From assembly GCA_012295275.1 (NCBI GenBank), contig CM022665.1, positions 5,394,001-5,458,000 of the forward strand: a DNA stretch of 64,000 nucleotides, read 5' to 3'. This DNA comes from Chrysomallon squamiferum (lineage: Eukaryota; Animalia; Mollusca). Both the position numbers and the translations under genes were made by a program. The notes beneath the pieces were generated by a model, which had not been told where the DNA came from, made no database searches, and saw only the letters and a program-made list of their open reading frames with translations. This document shows positions 1-13,078 of this stretch, piece by piece. Position 1 is the first letter of the stretch. Each line of letters starts with the position of its first letter.

Positions 1-131
1 ACAGTATAATCTACGTACCTAATTAACGGATTATTATAATTACATTGCACGTGCCTCATTAACGGGTTATTATTATTATATAATGAAATAAATGATCGTT
101 ATAATTATACTTTACGTACCTTATTAAACAA

Positions 132-1262
132 TTACTCCTTGTTGGCGGGTTCTTCCAGAGATTCATCATCTGACAATTAAAAAAACAGCATTAATAAACA
201 GATGGACAGACGAACTGACAGTATGAAGCATACAGCAGTTCAGTTTTACGTTTATTAATATTAATATAATACATTGTTGGTTGGTTTTTTACCCTTATAA
301 TCACGTTATTATTATTATCATTATAGTAGTTGTTGTTGTTATTGTTATTGTTACCGTTACCACTATTACTACTACTACTACTACTAATAATAATAATAAT
401 AATATGCTTTTTATCTGTAATTAGTGGATATATATAATTTAAGTCTCGTTTACATTTTCAGTGAAAAGCTGAATGTTTCCGATATACATATTTATTATTA
501 AATAAACTTCATATACATATTCATTACTAAATATATATAATTTACATATTCATTACTAAAGATATCTGATTAACGTATACATTACTAAATATATGTAATT
601 TACATATTCATTACTAGAGATATCTGATTTACATATTCATCACTTACCTTCCTCCTCCATAGCGTCCATCAAGTCTTCAATGTCTCGCTCGCTGAGGAAT
701 TTCTCGAGATCTTTCTCGTCCAGCGTATCATCATCATCATCTTGAGTTTCATCTGCAACATCTCTGCCTGTTAGAAATGAAAGAAAGAAAATTAATCAAA
801 GAGACTGTGTCAGTCTTATGAACGTCGATAGATAATATTTGTTAGAAACATTTGTTTTAAAGTAGTCTTGTCATTATAACATTAGTACTTTACAATATAA
901 TAATACATTTATAGACTTATCTAAATATATCAGTTATATCTGCGTCAAATTAGCAAATTATAAATTTATTATCACTTTACTGTATGTCTATGTCTTATTT
1001 TTGACATACGGGCTGTCAAAAATTTTCATCACAGTGATTCATACGGCTTTAAACTAGCATTTGTATGGGGTGGACCTTAGCAAAAGGATATGTTAAAATA
1101 ACAACCTGGGAAAGTCGGGACAATTCCAACAGGTCCAGGAATCAAACGACGAATAGGAATTCTGGGAAACCTAAATCGTCTGAACCATCGTCTTCGTCCC
1201 CAAGCGTCAGACTGAGTTACAACAAGAGCCGCAAACAACAAGAAAACCAATAAGAGCTTCAT
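132..1262 (-). CDS. Secreted cationic AMP-like precursor A1 (3 coding exons)
   Basis: Exons 1262-1106, 767-648 and 169-132, with phase-1 GT-AG introns. Product: MKLLLVFLLFAALVVTQSDA / WGRRRWFRRFRFPRIPIRRLIPGPVGIVPTFP-G-R / DVADETQDDDDDTLDEKDLEKFLSERDIEDLMDAMEEEDDESLEEPANKE*. Hydrophobic signal peptide, Arg/Pro core and acidic tail. Confidence 0.88.
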
Positions 1263-1344
1263 CTGTTTGAATAAACACGATAATTAGTAAAAAATAATAA
1301 GAGAGAGAGAAGAGAAGAGAAGAGAGAAGAGAAGAGAAGAGAAG

Positions 1345-1438
<94 letters not shown>

Positions 1439-2345
1439 AACAAGCAAAACAGAAGAAAACAAAATCGGTGTTAATAAATAAAACAAAGGCCTGACTTTCA
1501 GTACAACATTTATGATTTATTTTAAATTTACAAGATATTTTTTTACCGACTAGTTACATATATCGAAACTGTACAAGCTTAACATTAAGAACAGAAAAAG
1601 AAAAAGTTAGACAAAAAGCTAAGCAAAAGATCAGCCTTAACTTTCATCATTTTTTTTTTCCTTTTGACTATTATACACATATGAATAATAACTTTTGCGT
1701 ACAATTCTAGATATATGATTGCTCTTCAAATGTTCGAAATTTTTTTTTAATTACATATATATCAATAATCAGTTCAAAAAAAAAAAAAAAAAAAAAAAAA
1801 AATTATATATATATATATGATTTACAAGTATAAGATTAAAACCAATATTTCTAAACAAAGCACCAACCTTTGAGTTCAGTATCAGAATTATGATTAACTT
1901 TACATTTTCGAGGTCTTTTTAAGCATTCATAGTGCTGCTCATTACACCTCACAGAGTTGCCTGATTTAATCAGAAAATTATTTTTCTGCACTTTGAAGGT
2001 GTGGTATTTTCATTCGCTGAAATTACTTTTGGCCATCTGAGCTACGAACAGAAATTATTAACGACAATGAGTTGAGAGATTTTATCAGATCGTTGTTTTG
2101 TTTAGTTTGAAAGTGTCAAATCCGTGAAGCGAGTGGGGAGAGCGAAAGACACTGTACACCACGTGCGCGGTGACGTGGCCACTCTGATTACGAAAGGGTA
2201 ACATATATGACGGTCTTCAAATGGTTGATAACTGTTTTATTGTATTGTCATAATTTATTACGAGAATAAAATAATAAAACAGTAAGTCGGAATAAAAATA
2301 ATATCGTTAAACCACAGACTATAAATCTAAATCTGAATATTTTAA

Positions 2346-2376
<31 letters not shown>

Positions 2377-2939
2377 TTATTATTATTGGATTTAGTATTG
2401 GTGTTATTCTCCTTGTCGTTTTATCAGCATCAACAGTCAAGATGTGAAATATTTAACTCTATTACTGTTTGTCTTTAAAACTAACAAAACATATTTTATG
2501 TTTTATGTTTTATCTTCTGTAATATATTTATTTGTTCATGAAACCATAATCATTATACCTTATTCGTTATTATCAAAAAAGATGTCATTAAATTTTAACT
2601 CTCTCTGTGTGTATGTGTATCTCTCTCTCTCTCTAATAACAATAATAATTTATATTTGATCTTGATTTGACCTAGCTACAGTCCTTTGAAATATTTTCTA
2701 TATTCATTTAACATGTTACACTTGTAAAACAGCTTGTTTTCCAGTAAAAGTGACAAATTGCCTGCGGATTATCTGTGCCGTGTGTATGAAGAGAGACAGA
2801 TGGTGTGAAAGAGAGAGAGAATTTTGCGAATTCCGATTTGACACATTCAAATGTAATTTCAAATTTATTTTTAATTTTCTATACAGTGGTCTATTATTGA
2901 TTTAAATGTGAAAGAGTGAAAGAGATAGTGAGAGACAGA

Positions 2940-2942
2940 ACA

Positions 2943-3008
<66 letters not shown>

Positions 3009-3081
3009 CTGATAAAAAGACATACATTTTTTTTTACCGAAGAGCGACAGACAATAAAACGAATGAACAAGAGAAACAGAA

Positions 3082-3156
<75 letters not shown>

Positions 3157-3244
3157 AGGCTGATAAAAAGACATACAATTTTTTTTACCGAAGAGCGACA
3201 GACAATAAAAGGAATGAAAAGAGAAATGAACAAGAGAAACAGAA

Positions 3245-3327
<83 letters not shown>
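2940..3327. repeat. (GA)n tracts within a ~175-bp tandem duplication
   Basis: agaggctgataaaaagacatac...gaacaagagaaacagaaacacacag is repeated at ~3003-3090 and ~3154-3252 between GA tracts. Confidence 0.85.
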
Positions 3328-3330
<3 letters not shown>

Positions 3331-4559
3331 ATATATCTGTCTGTTCAGATCATACAATTTGATATATTTAATTATTATGTCAAAAAGGTAAGAGAGAAAG
3401 CGAAAGGAACATCTGCGAACGCGGATTTCACAAATTGGAGTGTAAAAAAAACGATTTTGTGATACGGGCAATCCTACATTCCCACAAGGTGTTATAGTCG
3501 ACACCACGAAACATTCAAAAGAGCAGAACAAATTTGGACCAAATCATTATTTCCAAAAGATTCTAAGGTAAGTAATTTATTCAACAATCATTTATTTGTT
3601 AACATCATTGTAATTATTATTTACTGGCTTGAGAGCTGGATAATAAAGTAACTGAAAAAAATTCACCGCAGATATTACACATATATTTAAAGGGATATTG
3701 CGGGATTAAGGATATTAATGGAAAAGTAAACTGTAGTCGAACAATTAGAGATAAATATTTGCAATTAGGAACTTTGTTACTATGGGACAATGGCGAAAAG
3801 TTGCAATGTTTTATATGGATATAATCAGTACAGGCAACGATCGTCATTCACTGTCATTCTTATAATGAACAAACGATTAGAACTATTTTTTTTTTCCCCA
3901 CATATGTGTTACGACCGAGATTTTAAGTTTCCTGACAAAATCGGTTTACATACCGCTGAATAGGTAATATGAGTGAATACAGTAAGGTAAGTGAAGAAAA
4001 AAAATACAGTATAAGATTCTAATGAGTTTAGATATGCGATATCTGTCATCAGAAACATTATAAACAGAACTAATTAAATTATGCGTAGGCATAACTTCTC
4101 CAGCCGTGTTAACAATGTCGTAGCAACGTAATTTGGAAAGTTTTGCCAGTCGTGAAAATTTAATTTAAAGACTTACTTTTAACCGCAAAATCTAATAAAA
4201 TCAAGATACATATACACTGTAGTCATCATAATAACATTTACTGCTGAAAATTCACAAATAATACCTGTCTTTATTAAAAGAGTTTTAAAAAAAAACACAA
4301 AAAAAAAACACCAAAAGGCGTTTGGCATATAAAATACTGTTTAAATTCTTTATTTTAAAATATCTCCAACCACAACAGTAATAATAATAATTACTATCAT
4401 TATAACACAAATAATAGAATGAAAAGACCTAAGAAGGTAGAAAGCTGCTTATTTGCCTCATGTTACAGTAATTATATTTATTCACAACTGAAACGGTTAC
4501 TTGTTTTCTGAGATATATATATATATTTTTTTTACTAATTATCGTGTTTATTCAAACAG

Positions 4560-5764
4560 ATGAAGCTCTTATTGGTTTTCTTGTTGTTTGCGGCTCTTGC
4601 TGTAACTCAGTCTGACGCTTGGGGACGAAGACGATGGATCCGAATAAGGATCCCCAGAATTCCTATTCGTCGTTGGATACCTGGACCTCCTGGCATGCTT
4701 CCTCGGAAATACCCAGGTTTGAAACTTAATTTAGCTTATCTCAACATTCCTAACAATCCATGCACTGATCCAACGATCGATTCATATATTAGCATCTATC
4801 TACATATTTGTCTCTCAGTCCATCTGTTAACAGCAATCAGTGTTATTTTATTTATACTTCTGATCCATGTTCCACCCTTCACCGGCTGACAATGTTTTCA
4901 TTTAGAAATAGCATAACGCAATATATTTTCAAGAATTTATCTCACATTCAAACAACAGTTGTACCTCGATATCTTTGCAGTACGTCTAACACTATTATAA
5001 AGACAAGAACATATTTTGGAGATAATTTTAACTGACAGAAGCTAATGGTTTTTTACTTGAATGAATGAACGGCACGACAGACTACTTTAAAACAAATGTT
5101 TCTAACAAATATTATCTATCGACGTTCATAAGACTGACACAGTCTCTTTTATTAATTTTCTTTCTTTCATTTCTAACAGGCAGAGATGTTGCAGATGAAA
5201 CTCAAGATGATGATGATGATACGCTGGACGAGAAAGATCTCGAGAAATTCCTCAGCGAGCGAGACATTGAAGACTTGATGGACGCCATGGAGGAGGAAGG
5301 TAAGTGATGAATATGTAAATCAGATATCTCTAGTAATGAATATGTTAATTAGATATCTCTAGTAATGAATATGTAAATCAGACATATTCAGCATGATAAG
5401 GATATGCAAATCAGAAACATTTATCAATCAGCATATTAATAATACATCTTTAATATATAAATAAGACATTTTTATTTAAAATGTAAATCAGATTTCTTTT
5501 GTAATAATACTAAATCAGATATAGTTCTGTTATATTTCTTTTATAATAATACTGAATCAGAAAACTTTCGCAATGAATATGTATGTGAGGTGTATTTTCA
5601 TTGTTAGTTTCAGAACGTAGTTTCATGAGTCTTAATTTTAAATATAAATCCCATTTTCTTGTTGTTACGAAACAGCCATTGTCCTACAGTAAATGTGTTA
5701 AACTGAAAAGAAATTACTGAGCTCTTAAATTAAATGATGGCTGTCACTAAGCTGTCACTGTTAA

Positions 5765-5810
<46 letters not shown>

Positions 5811-6279
5811 TAATAATAATAATAATTAATAATAATAATTATAATAATAATAAAATAATAATAATAATAAAAATTAATAATAATAATTATAATAATAATA
5901 AAATAATAATAATAATAATACTAAAATAATAATAATAATAACAATAATTAATAATAATAATTATAATAATAATAAAATAATAACAATAATAATAATAAAA
6001 TAATAATATTAATAATAATAAAATAATAATAATAATTAATAATAATAATAATAATAATACTACTAATAATAATATCAATAATAATAATAATAATAATAAT
6101 AAAAATAATAATAATATGGCGTTTTAGTACATTACACACATTTGTACTGAAATCTTACAAAACGTTTTGATAAATGGCTTCCTTCTCACGGAAAAACAAA
6201 TCAAGCTTCTACTAATATACCTTCACAAACATTTTTTTCTAGTATACATTTTTCTTGTTAGTGCAGACATAAGATTGTA

Positions 6280-6313
<34 letters not shown>

Positions 6314-6498
6314 GCAAGAAAGTAATCAAAACATCAAAGACATAGAAGTAAAAGGTTTTACCAGCAAATCAGCTGCTTCAAAGAATGTTTAAAGTTTGGG
6401 AGATATTTGTTTGTACAGCTTGAGAAGAAAATAATTCTGTGAAAAGTGAAAACAATTTTTTGAAAAATCATTCACCGTTTATTATGGGTCCAAAAAGT

Positions 6499-6534
<36 letters not shown>

Positions 6535-6977
6535 GTCTGAAAGGGACGGGGGAAAACCCCCCCATAAGGCACATAAAAGTACATTTTCTTATCCAAACTG
6601 TTTTTCTAAAATTTAGTCCGCTTTTTAGGAAAACCTTAAATTGAAAATAATGAGACATCTGCTCAAAAAAAAAAAAAAAAAGTATTTCTGTTGTTCCTAA
6701 TATTAATGTTCATCGTTACCAAATTTCAAATTCAAATTTATCTTTCCAAGTATTTTTTTAGATATGACGACATATATGAACTATGCTGTATATTTACTGA
6801 AAATATTCGTTCTTATCACATGTACTGTTTTCAGTATGCGTTTAGCATGTTTTTAAGAAAAACGTTTCACATCGTATTTTGTAAATATTTAATTAATACC
6901 TAAATTATTTTGACTTTTTTTTTTTTCCCGTACCAGAAGACAAGATTGCAGAAGAATCTGCCAATAAGCAACAATAA
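4560..6977 (+). CDS. Secreted cationic AMP-like precursor A2
   Basis: Exons 4560-4716, 5180-5299 and 6937-6977. Product: MKLLLVFLLFAALAVTQSDA / WGRRRWIRIRIPRIPIRRWIPGPPGMLPRKYP-G-R / DVADETQ...MEEEEDKIAEESANKQQ*. Probable 5'UTR donor at 3986/3987 and 3'UTR exon from 8822 with AATAAA near 8874. Confidence 0.87.
5762..6115. repeat. Degenerate (AAT)n microsatellite
   Basis: Visible directly. Similar tracts occur at 7080-7420, 12640-12710 and 12983-13110. Confidence 0.95.
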
Positions 6978-7149
6978 GCAAATCGGGTAAGTAGATTTTA
7001 TTTGACTTCAAGCGATAACTGGTTAGGTATAGTTGTTCGGTGTAATAGCTCTTGAGATCAATCCTGTACTATCCTTTTATTTATTTATTTATTTATTTAT
7101 TATTATTATTATTATTTTTGTTGTTATTATTATCATTATTATCATTATC

Positions 7150-7181
<32 letters not shown>

Positions 7182-7249
7182 CATTATTATCATTATCGTT
7201 ATTATTATTATTATTATTATTATATTAATTATTATTATTATTATTATTT

Positions 7250-7281
<32 letters not shown>

Positions 7282-7354
7282 GTCATTATTATCATTATCG
7301 TTATTATTATTATTATTATATTCATTATTATAATTATTAATATTACTATTATTT

Positions 7355-7418
<64 letters not shown>

Positions 7419-9721
7419 CGCTTCACATAAACGCACTTTCCTGATACTGTTCTCTCTAGTTTTGCAAGAAACGGTTTATTAAAAAGCGTGGTGTGAGGAG
7501 CTTTTTGTACCACAGGAAAGCGGAGGTAACATGTATTTCACTGCCAATCGATAACAGTAATGTCACAATATAAAAACAAGTGCGATTTTTTTTTTTTTTT
7601 TTTTTTTTTTTTTGTGTTTTTTTTTTTTTTTTTTTTTTTTTCTGTAACATGAACAGTTAAAAAATCGTAAGTTAGAATTCTAACAACCATTGAGGCATGT
7701 TTAATCTTTATCCAGTCGGTCATTTAAAATAACTGCAGCGTATTACAAAGAAACATGTTATAAGATTATTTTTTTTTTTTATAACTAATTATACTTGAAT
7801 GTTTTTTTTATTTTATATTATTATATTATATTATATTATATTATATTATATTATGTTATAGTTCTTTTCAATTTTAAATTTAAATGAAATTATAATTATT
7901 ACATTTCTTTGTTCATCCACATTAATTTTTTATTAAAAAAAAAAAAAAAAATTTTTTTTTTTTTTATTTTTTTATTTCCGGTACTGTTAATCAAAGATTC
8001 TTGAAATATCTGAATTAGTTAAATTAACAAGCAACATAGTATTCAGTGGATTTAAGATTTTGCATTCAAAGAATTTGAGAACATAATGAGCTAGAGAGAA
8101 AAAAAAAAAGTTCAGATCATTATCATTTCCAATAAGCACATACTTGTCAACTGCATTAAAAAAAAAAAAAATAAACACGCACACACGCACATAAAGACAC
8201 ACATATATAATACGAAAAGAATAAAATTATGTGTATACTTATTATACTTTAGGTTTTATTTTATATAATCTGGTGTCTTTTTATTTTTATGGTATTTTAT
8301 TAATTTACTGCCAAGAACGATTTTAAAACCAGTAAATTTAAACATCAAACAAACAAAATAAATAAATAAATAAAAAAAAAAAAAAAAAAAAACACCACCA
8401 AACCCCCCCCACTTTTGCATTAATAGATCGATTATCTTAATAATTTTATTAATTTTGATAAAACTAACATGAAGTATCAAATATATTCAGCATTACTAAA
8501 ACTACAGCTATATAACAAATTGTATAATAAACAACATTATTCTATACAGTGCCAAATGATCATCAAAACTAATTAATAAAATCAAAGATTAATTTATCGC
8601 TCTAAATATATTCTCGTATACGAATAAATCTTGATTTAAATATTTATTTAGTCACAATGAATTGACGTTTATAACGGTTTTTTTAAAATACATTCTGATA
8701 TAAATGTTTATTTAACCTAGGTTAATGTATTAGTCAAAACACTTATAATTGTAATATTTTAAAAACATAATGATTTAAATATTTATTATTACATTTATTT
8801 TCTTTTTCTTCCTGTTTCCAGTTTCATTCAGCCACGACGAGGCAGAAAGGGACATTTATGAAGAAGTGTACAAAATAAAATGCTGACTAAAATTTTACTT
8901 GTTATTGTTGATGTAATTTTGTCTCCTTAGACTGAGTGAATTATATAATAAAAATAACTGACGTATATGTCAGATAATTACGATATTTATTTTATTACAA
9001 CAGAAAATACTCAGTTCTGTTGTTGCAATTGAAATAAAGAACCGAAAAAAAAAGAAACCTGAGAATAATTTACAAATAAATAAATAAAGAAAGAAAGAAA
9101 AAAATAGCAAAAAGTGCTACAGTAAATCAATACTACTACTACTACTACTACTACTAATAATAATAATAAATTAATTAATTAATTAAATTAAATTTAAAAA
9201 AAACAAAATAAAATAATAAAAAATCTGTACTAAATTTAATATACCTTTAGCTATAGATAAAAATTAATATGTTTAAAATTTTTCTTTATTTACGCAAGCA
9301 CAACAACAGCAACATCAACAACTAAAAGCGATGACGGCGATAACGACGATGACAGCAAAGACAACATCAGTAACAGCAACAAAAAAAACAACAACAACAA
9401 CAACAACAACAATAATAATAATAATAATAATAACAGCAATAATAATGACGAAGAAAATCATAAACATACAGACGATTTTAAACGTAATCTTAGATATGTC
9501 TGTCCTCTGAGTGTAAATACTAAATAAGTTTACATTTCACGTTATGTCTTTAATGGCTTAACAATCTGATTACCGGGCAACATAAAAGTCTAATATTCGT
9601 TTTTCCATTAATTTGCTAAAGGCATTTACAAAGAAAACATTCCCAAGGAGGTATCCCGCATTTCTGAAAACTGAGTGATGCGTCATCATTATAGAGGATA
9701 TTAACTGTTTTAGCAGGAAAA

Positions 9722-9787
<66 letters not shown>

Positions 9788-10174
9788 GGAAAAGAAAAGA
9801 AAACAGAGACAAAGGCTGGGTTCAATACGCATATTATGTTACAATTAATTACGGTCGGTTCATAATGTCTGTATAATCCACAGTATGGTCACAGATTATT
9901 TTACACAACAGGAGTTGTCTTTTAGCAATTTTGACTGAGATTTTAGTTTTTATTAAATTAATGTTTTTCTTTCGCATCCACGAGCAAAAACAAAAGGCTG
10001 AGAAAGGAGTCAAGACCTCTGTTTTAATTCCATGCGGAAAAATAATGAACGTTCGATATTTGATTTCAGTGCTGACGCAAAAAAAAATGTTTTCCAAATA
10101 AACAAAAAATGAAAGAATCCTTGAAGATTTAATTTCTTCTGAAATGCCTTGTTTGTGTTCTTATTGTTGTTTTG

Positions 10175-10257
<83 letters not shown>

Positions 10258-11164
10258 TTATCTGACTTTCTCCCACGCAGTTTCAGCTATCTCACTTTTA
10301 GGAGTGAGTAAGTGAAATGTACGTGTCACTTATATTACCGATTATATCACAACCAAGATTTACACTGAAAATTTTAGTTTCACCAAAAATGTTTACTTTT
10401 TAACGTCATGCCTTGATGTTTTAAAAATCTCAGCATTCTCTTAAGTAGGTGTTTAATGACCTTGTGTGTTGTATTCCTCGAATGTCTATATATGTTTAGC
10501 AAACAAGTTTAACTACTAATGTCAGCATCCAGCGTTTTGTTTCGGCATTTTGCAAGCTGTACTTTAAAGACTCAGTCTTATGTGCATTTTTGGTTTTGCA
10601 CTCAGTCACAGCCTATAATTTATTTTTCTACGATTGTTTTCAGGGTGCATTTGCGAGCCTGTTTACGTTTGAAGTTACACTGATCTCATTTTTCGAATAA
10701 TGAGGAACATGCGAGTTAGTTGCATTATTTAGTTTCAGTAGATTTAGTATTTAATTTGCTGGAATAAAAACTGATAAAGTGTTTTTTTTTAAAAAAGAAG
10801 ATAAATTATAAATGTTAAGAACACGAAATAACGTAAAAAAAATAAAATAAAAAAAAAAGAAGAAAAAAAAGAAGGAAAAAAATAAACTTTTTAAGGCTCT
10901 GTTTACTAATTTTTAACAAACGGTTATAGAGCTTATAGATGTAATAGTTATTAACAAATGGGAGAAAAAAAAAAATCGCTACCGCCATCTGTATGAGTTA
11001 CTCCTTTTTTATTATCAACAGCAAGGGATATTCTATAAGGACCTTCCCATAAACAGGAAAAAGACGCATTAAATACGAAATTGAATTTTGATAATCCAGA
11101 TACGGCGTTCAGAAAAGAGCGGGAAAAGGCCAGTGAATGAGTGCACCAAGAATTCTTAGACGTG

Positions 11165-11198
<34 letters not shown>

Positions 11199-11793
11199 GT
11201 GTGTTACAGTCAGTGTGATCACAGACTGACTCTATAACTATATATGTATTTGCAGAAAATATCGTTTTATTCCTGGATAAAACTGATAAAAAAAAAAAAA
11301 AAAAAAAAAAAATGACAAATACAGAAAATATTACATATCAACATTTATTTATTTATTTATTTCTTATTCATCACAGTTTTACTTAGTGTTGAATGAGAAA
11401 ACAACAGAATCTGAAAAAAAAAAAAAAAAAAAGAAAAAAAGTAAACTGTTTTATAGATTTATTTTGACTTGAAACTGAATATTAGTTAGTCACAGTGGAT
11501 TATTGACAGGACAGCATTTAGTGTGTTATGACAATGACAAAAAAAAAAAAAAAAAAAAAAAAATTAAGTAAGAAATAAAAATGAACAAAAGCAAGAAAGA
11601 AATATTTGTTATATAAAAAACAATAATTATACATTTTAGTATTTGTGTGTGTTTGTGTGTGTCTGTGTATATATATATATATATATGTATCTATCTGTCT
11701 GTCTGTCCATTTATTTATCTAACCCTCTCTATGTATACGTGTATGTATGTGCGTGTATCTATATATATATATCTATCTATCAGAGAGAGATAC

Positions 11794-11824
<31 letters not shown>

Positions 11825-11825
11825 G

Positions 11826-11918
<93 letters not shown>

Positions 11919-12023
11919 ACACATATAGATAAAGAGATAGATAAATGGATGGATATATATATATATATAGATAGATATATATATACTGACGCCATTACTT
12001 TGATAATCGTAAATTTACCTTCT

Positions 12024-12446
12024 TTACTGGTTCATTTCAGGAGACATGAATGCATCACCTAGAAACCAAACATAGTAATATGTCACATGCTTATTAATAC
12101 AGGTTAGTACATTAGTACACGTCCAAGTAATAATACCGCTAGTAAATTAATCAATACACACACACACACAAACGTACATATAAACATACATGCTTACATT
12201 TATACATACATTCATACATATATTTATACATACACATATACGTACATATTCATATAATTCATAAATGCATGCATGTATGTATTTATGTATATGTTTATTA
12301 CTATCATTAATATTATCTTTTTTGTAATGACGTTGTCAGACATACCGTCATCATTGATAGATTCAATTAAACCACTGACATCATCGTGTTCTAGTGGAAG
12401 TTCCAACTCTTTCAGATACCCGTAGTCATCTTCATCCCTTGAACCT

Positions 12447-12498
<52 letters not shown>

Positions 12499-12636
12499 AT
12501 GTGTGTATGTGTATGAAGTGAAGAAATTTTAAGATGGTCTTCAGCGATTTCGGTAGAGATATCTAAATGTATTATTAGTTATTATTATCATCATTATTAT
12601 AAATATATTTAGTATGCTGTTGATATTATTAATCCA

Positions 12637-12707
<71 letters not shown>

Positions 12708-12958
12708 GTAGGAATAATAAGAAGAAGATTTTTTATTCTGTATATTTCTAAAGTTTCCTCTGCATTTCGCCTGGTAAACAACTGAAGAATATAACATGTA
12801 ATTAATTATAAGTAAGAAATTATCTACCGACGGATGGACTGTCAAGGCGATGTTCTGAAACTGATTCCTGGAAAGCCAGAAAGCACAATAAAGCAAAACA
12901 AGAGTTTCATCTGGAAAACAAAAAAACACAATAAAGCAAGAACAATAATAAGTTTCAT
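12024..12958 (-). pseudogene. Family member B with disrupted first coding exon (pseudogene or assembly error)
   Basis: Exon 12958-12828 starts MKLIIVLALLCF, then has an internal repeat (..ttccagATGAAACTC..) that shifts frame. The shifted frame reads ALLCFLAFQESVSEHRLDSPSV-G. Exons 12444-12346 (GSRDEDDYGYLKELELPLEHDDVSGLIESINDD) and 12058-12024 (GDAFMSPEMNQ*) are intact and in family phase. Confidence 0.7.
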
Positions 12959-12982
12959 CTGTTGAAAATAAAAATTAAAAAC

Positions 12983-13042
<60 letters not shown>

Positions 13043-13043
13043 G

Positions 13044-13078
<35 letters not shown>

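Noticed and set aside
4717-4889. ORF-track C-terminal extensions of A2, E1-E3 and C3 that look like transmembrane tails
   Set aside because: They are read-through into introns. All paralogs have a phase-1 donor at the same position and a matching downstream acidic exon.
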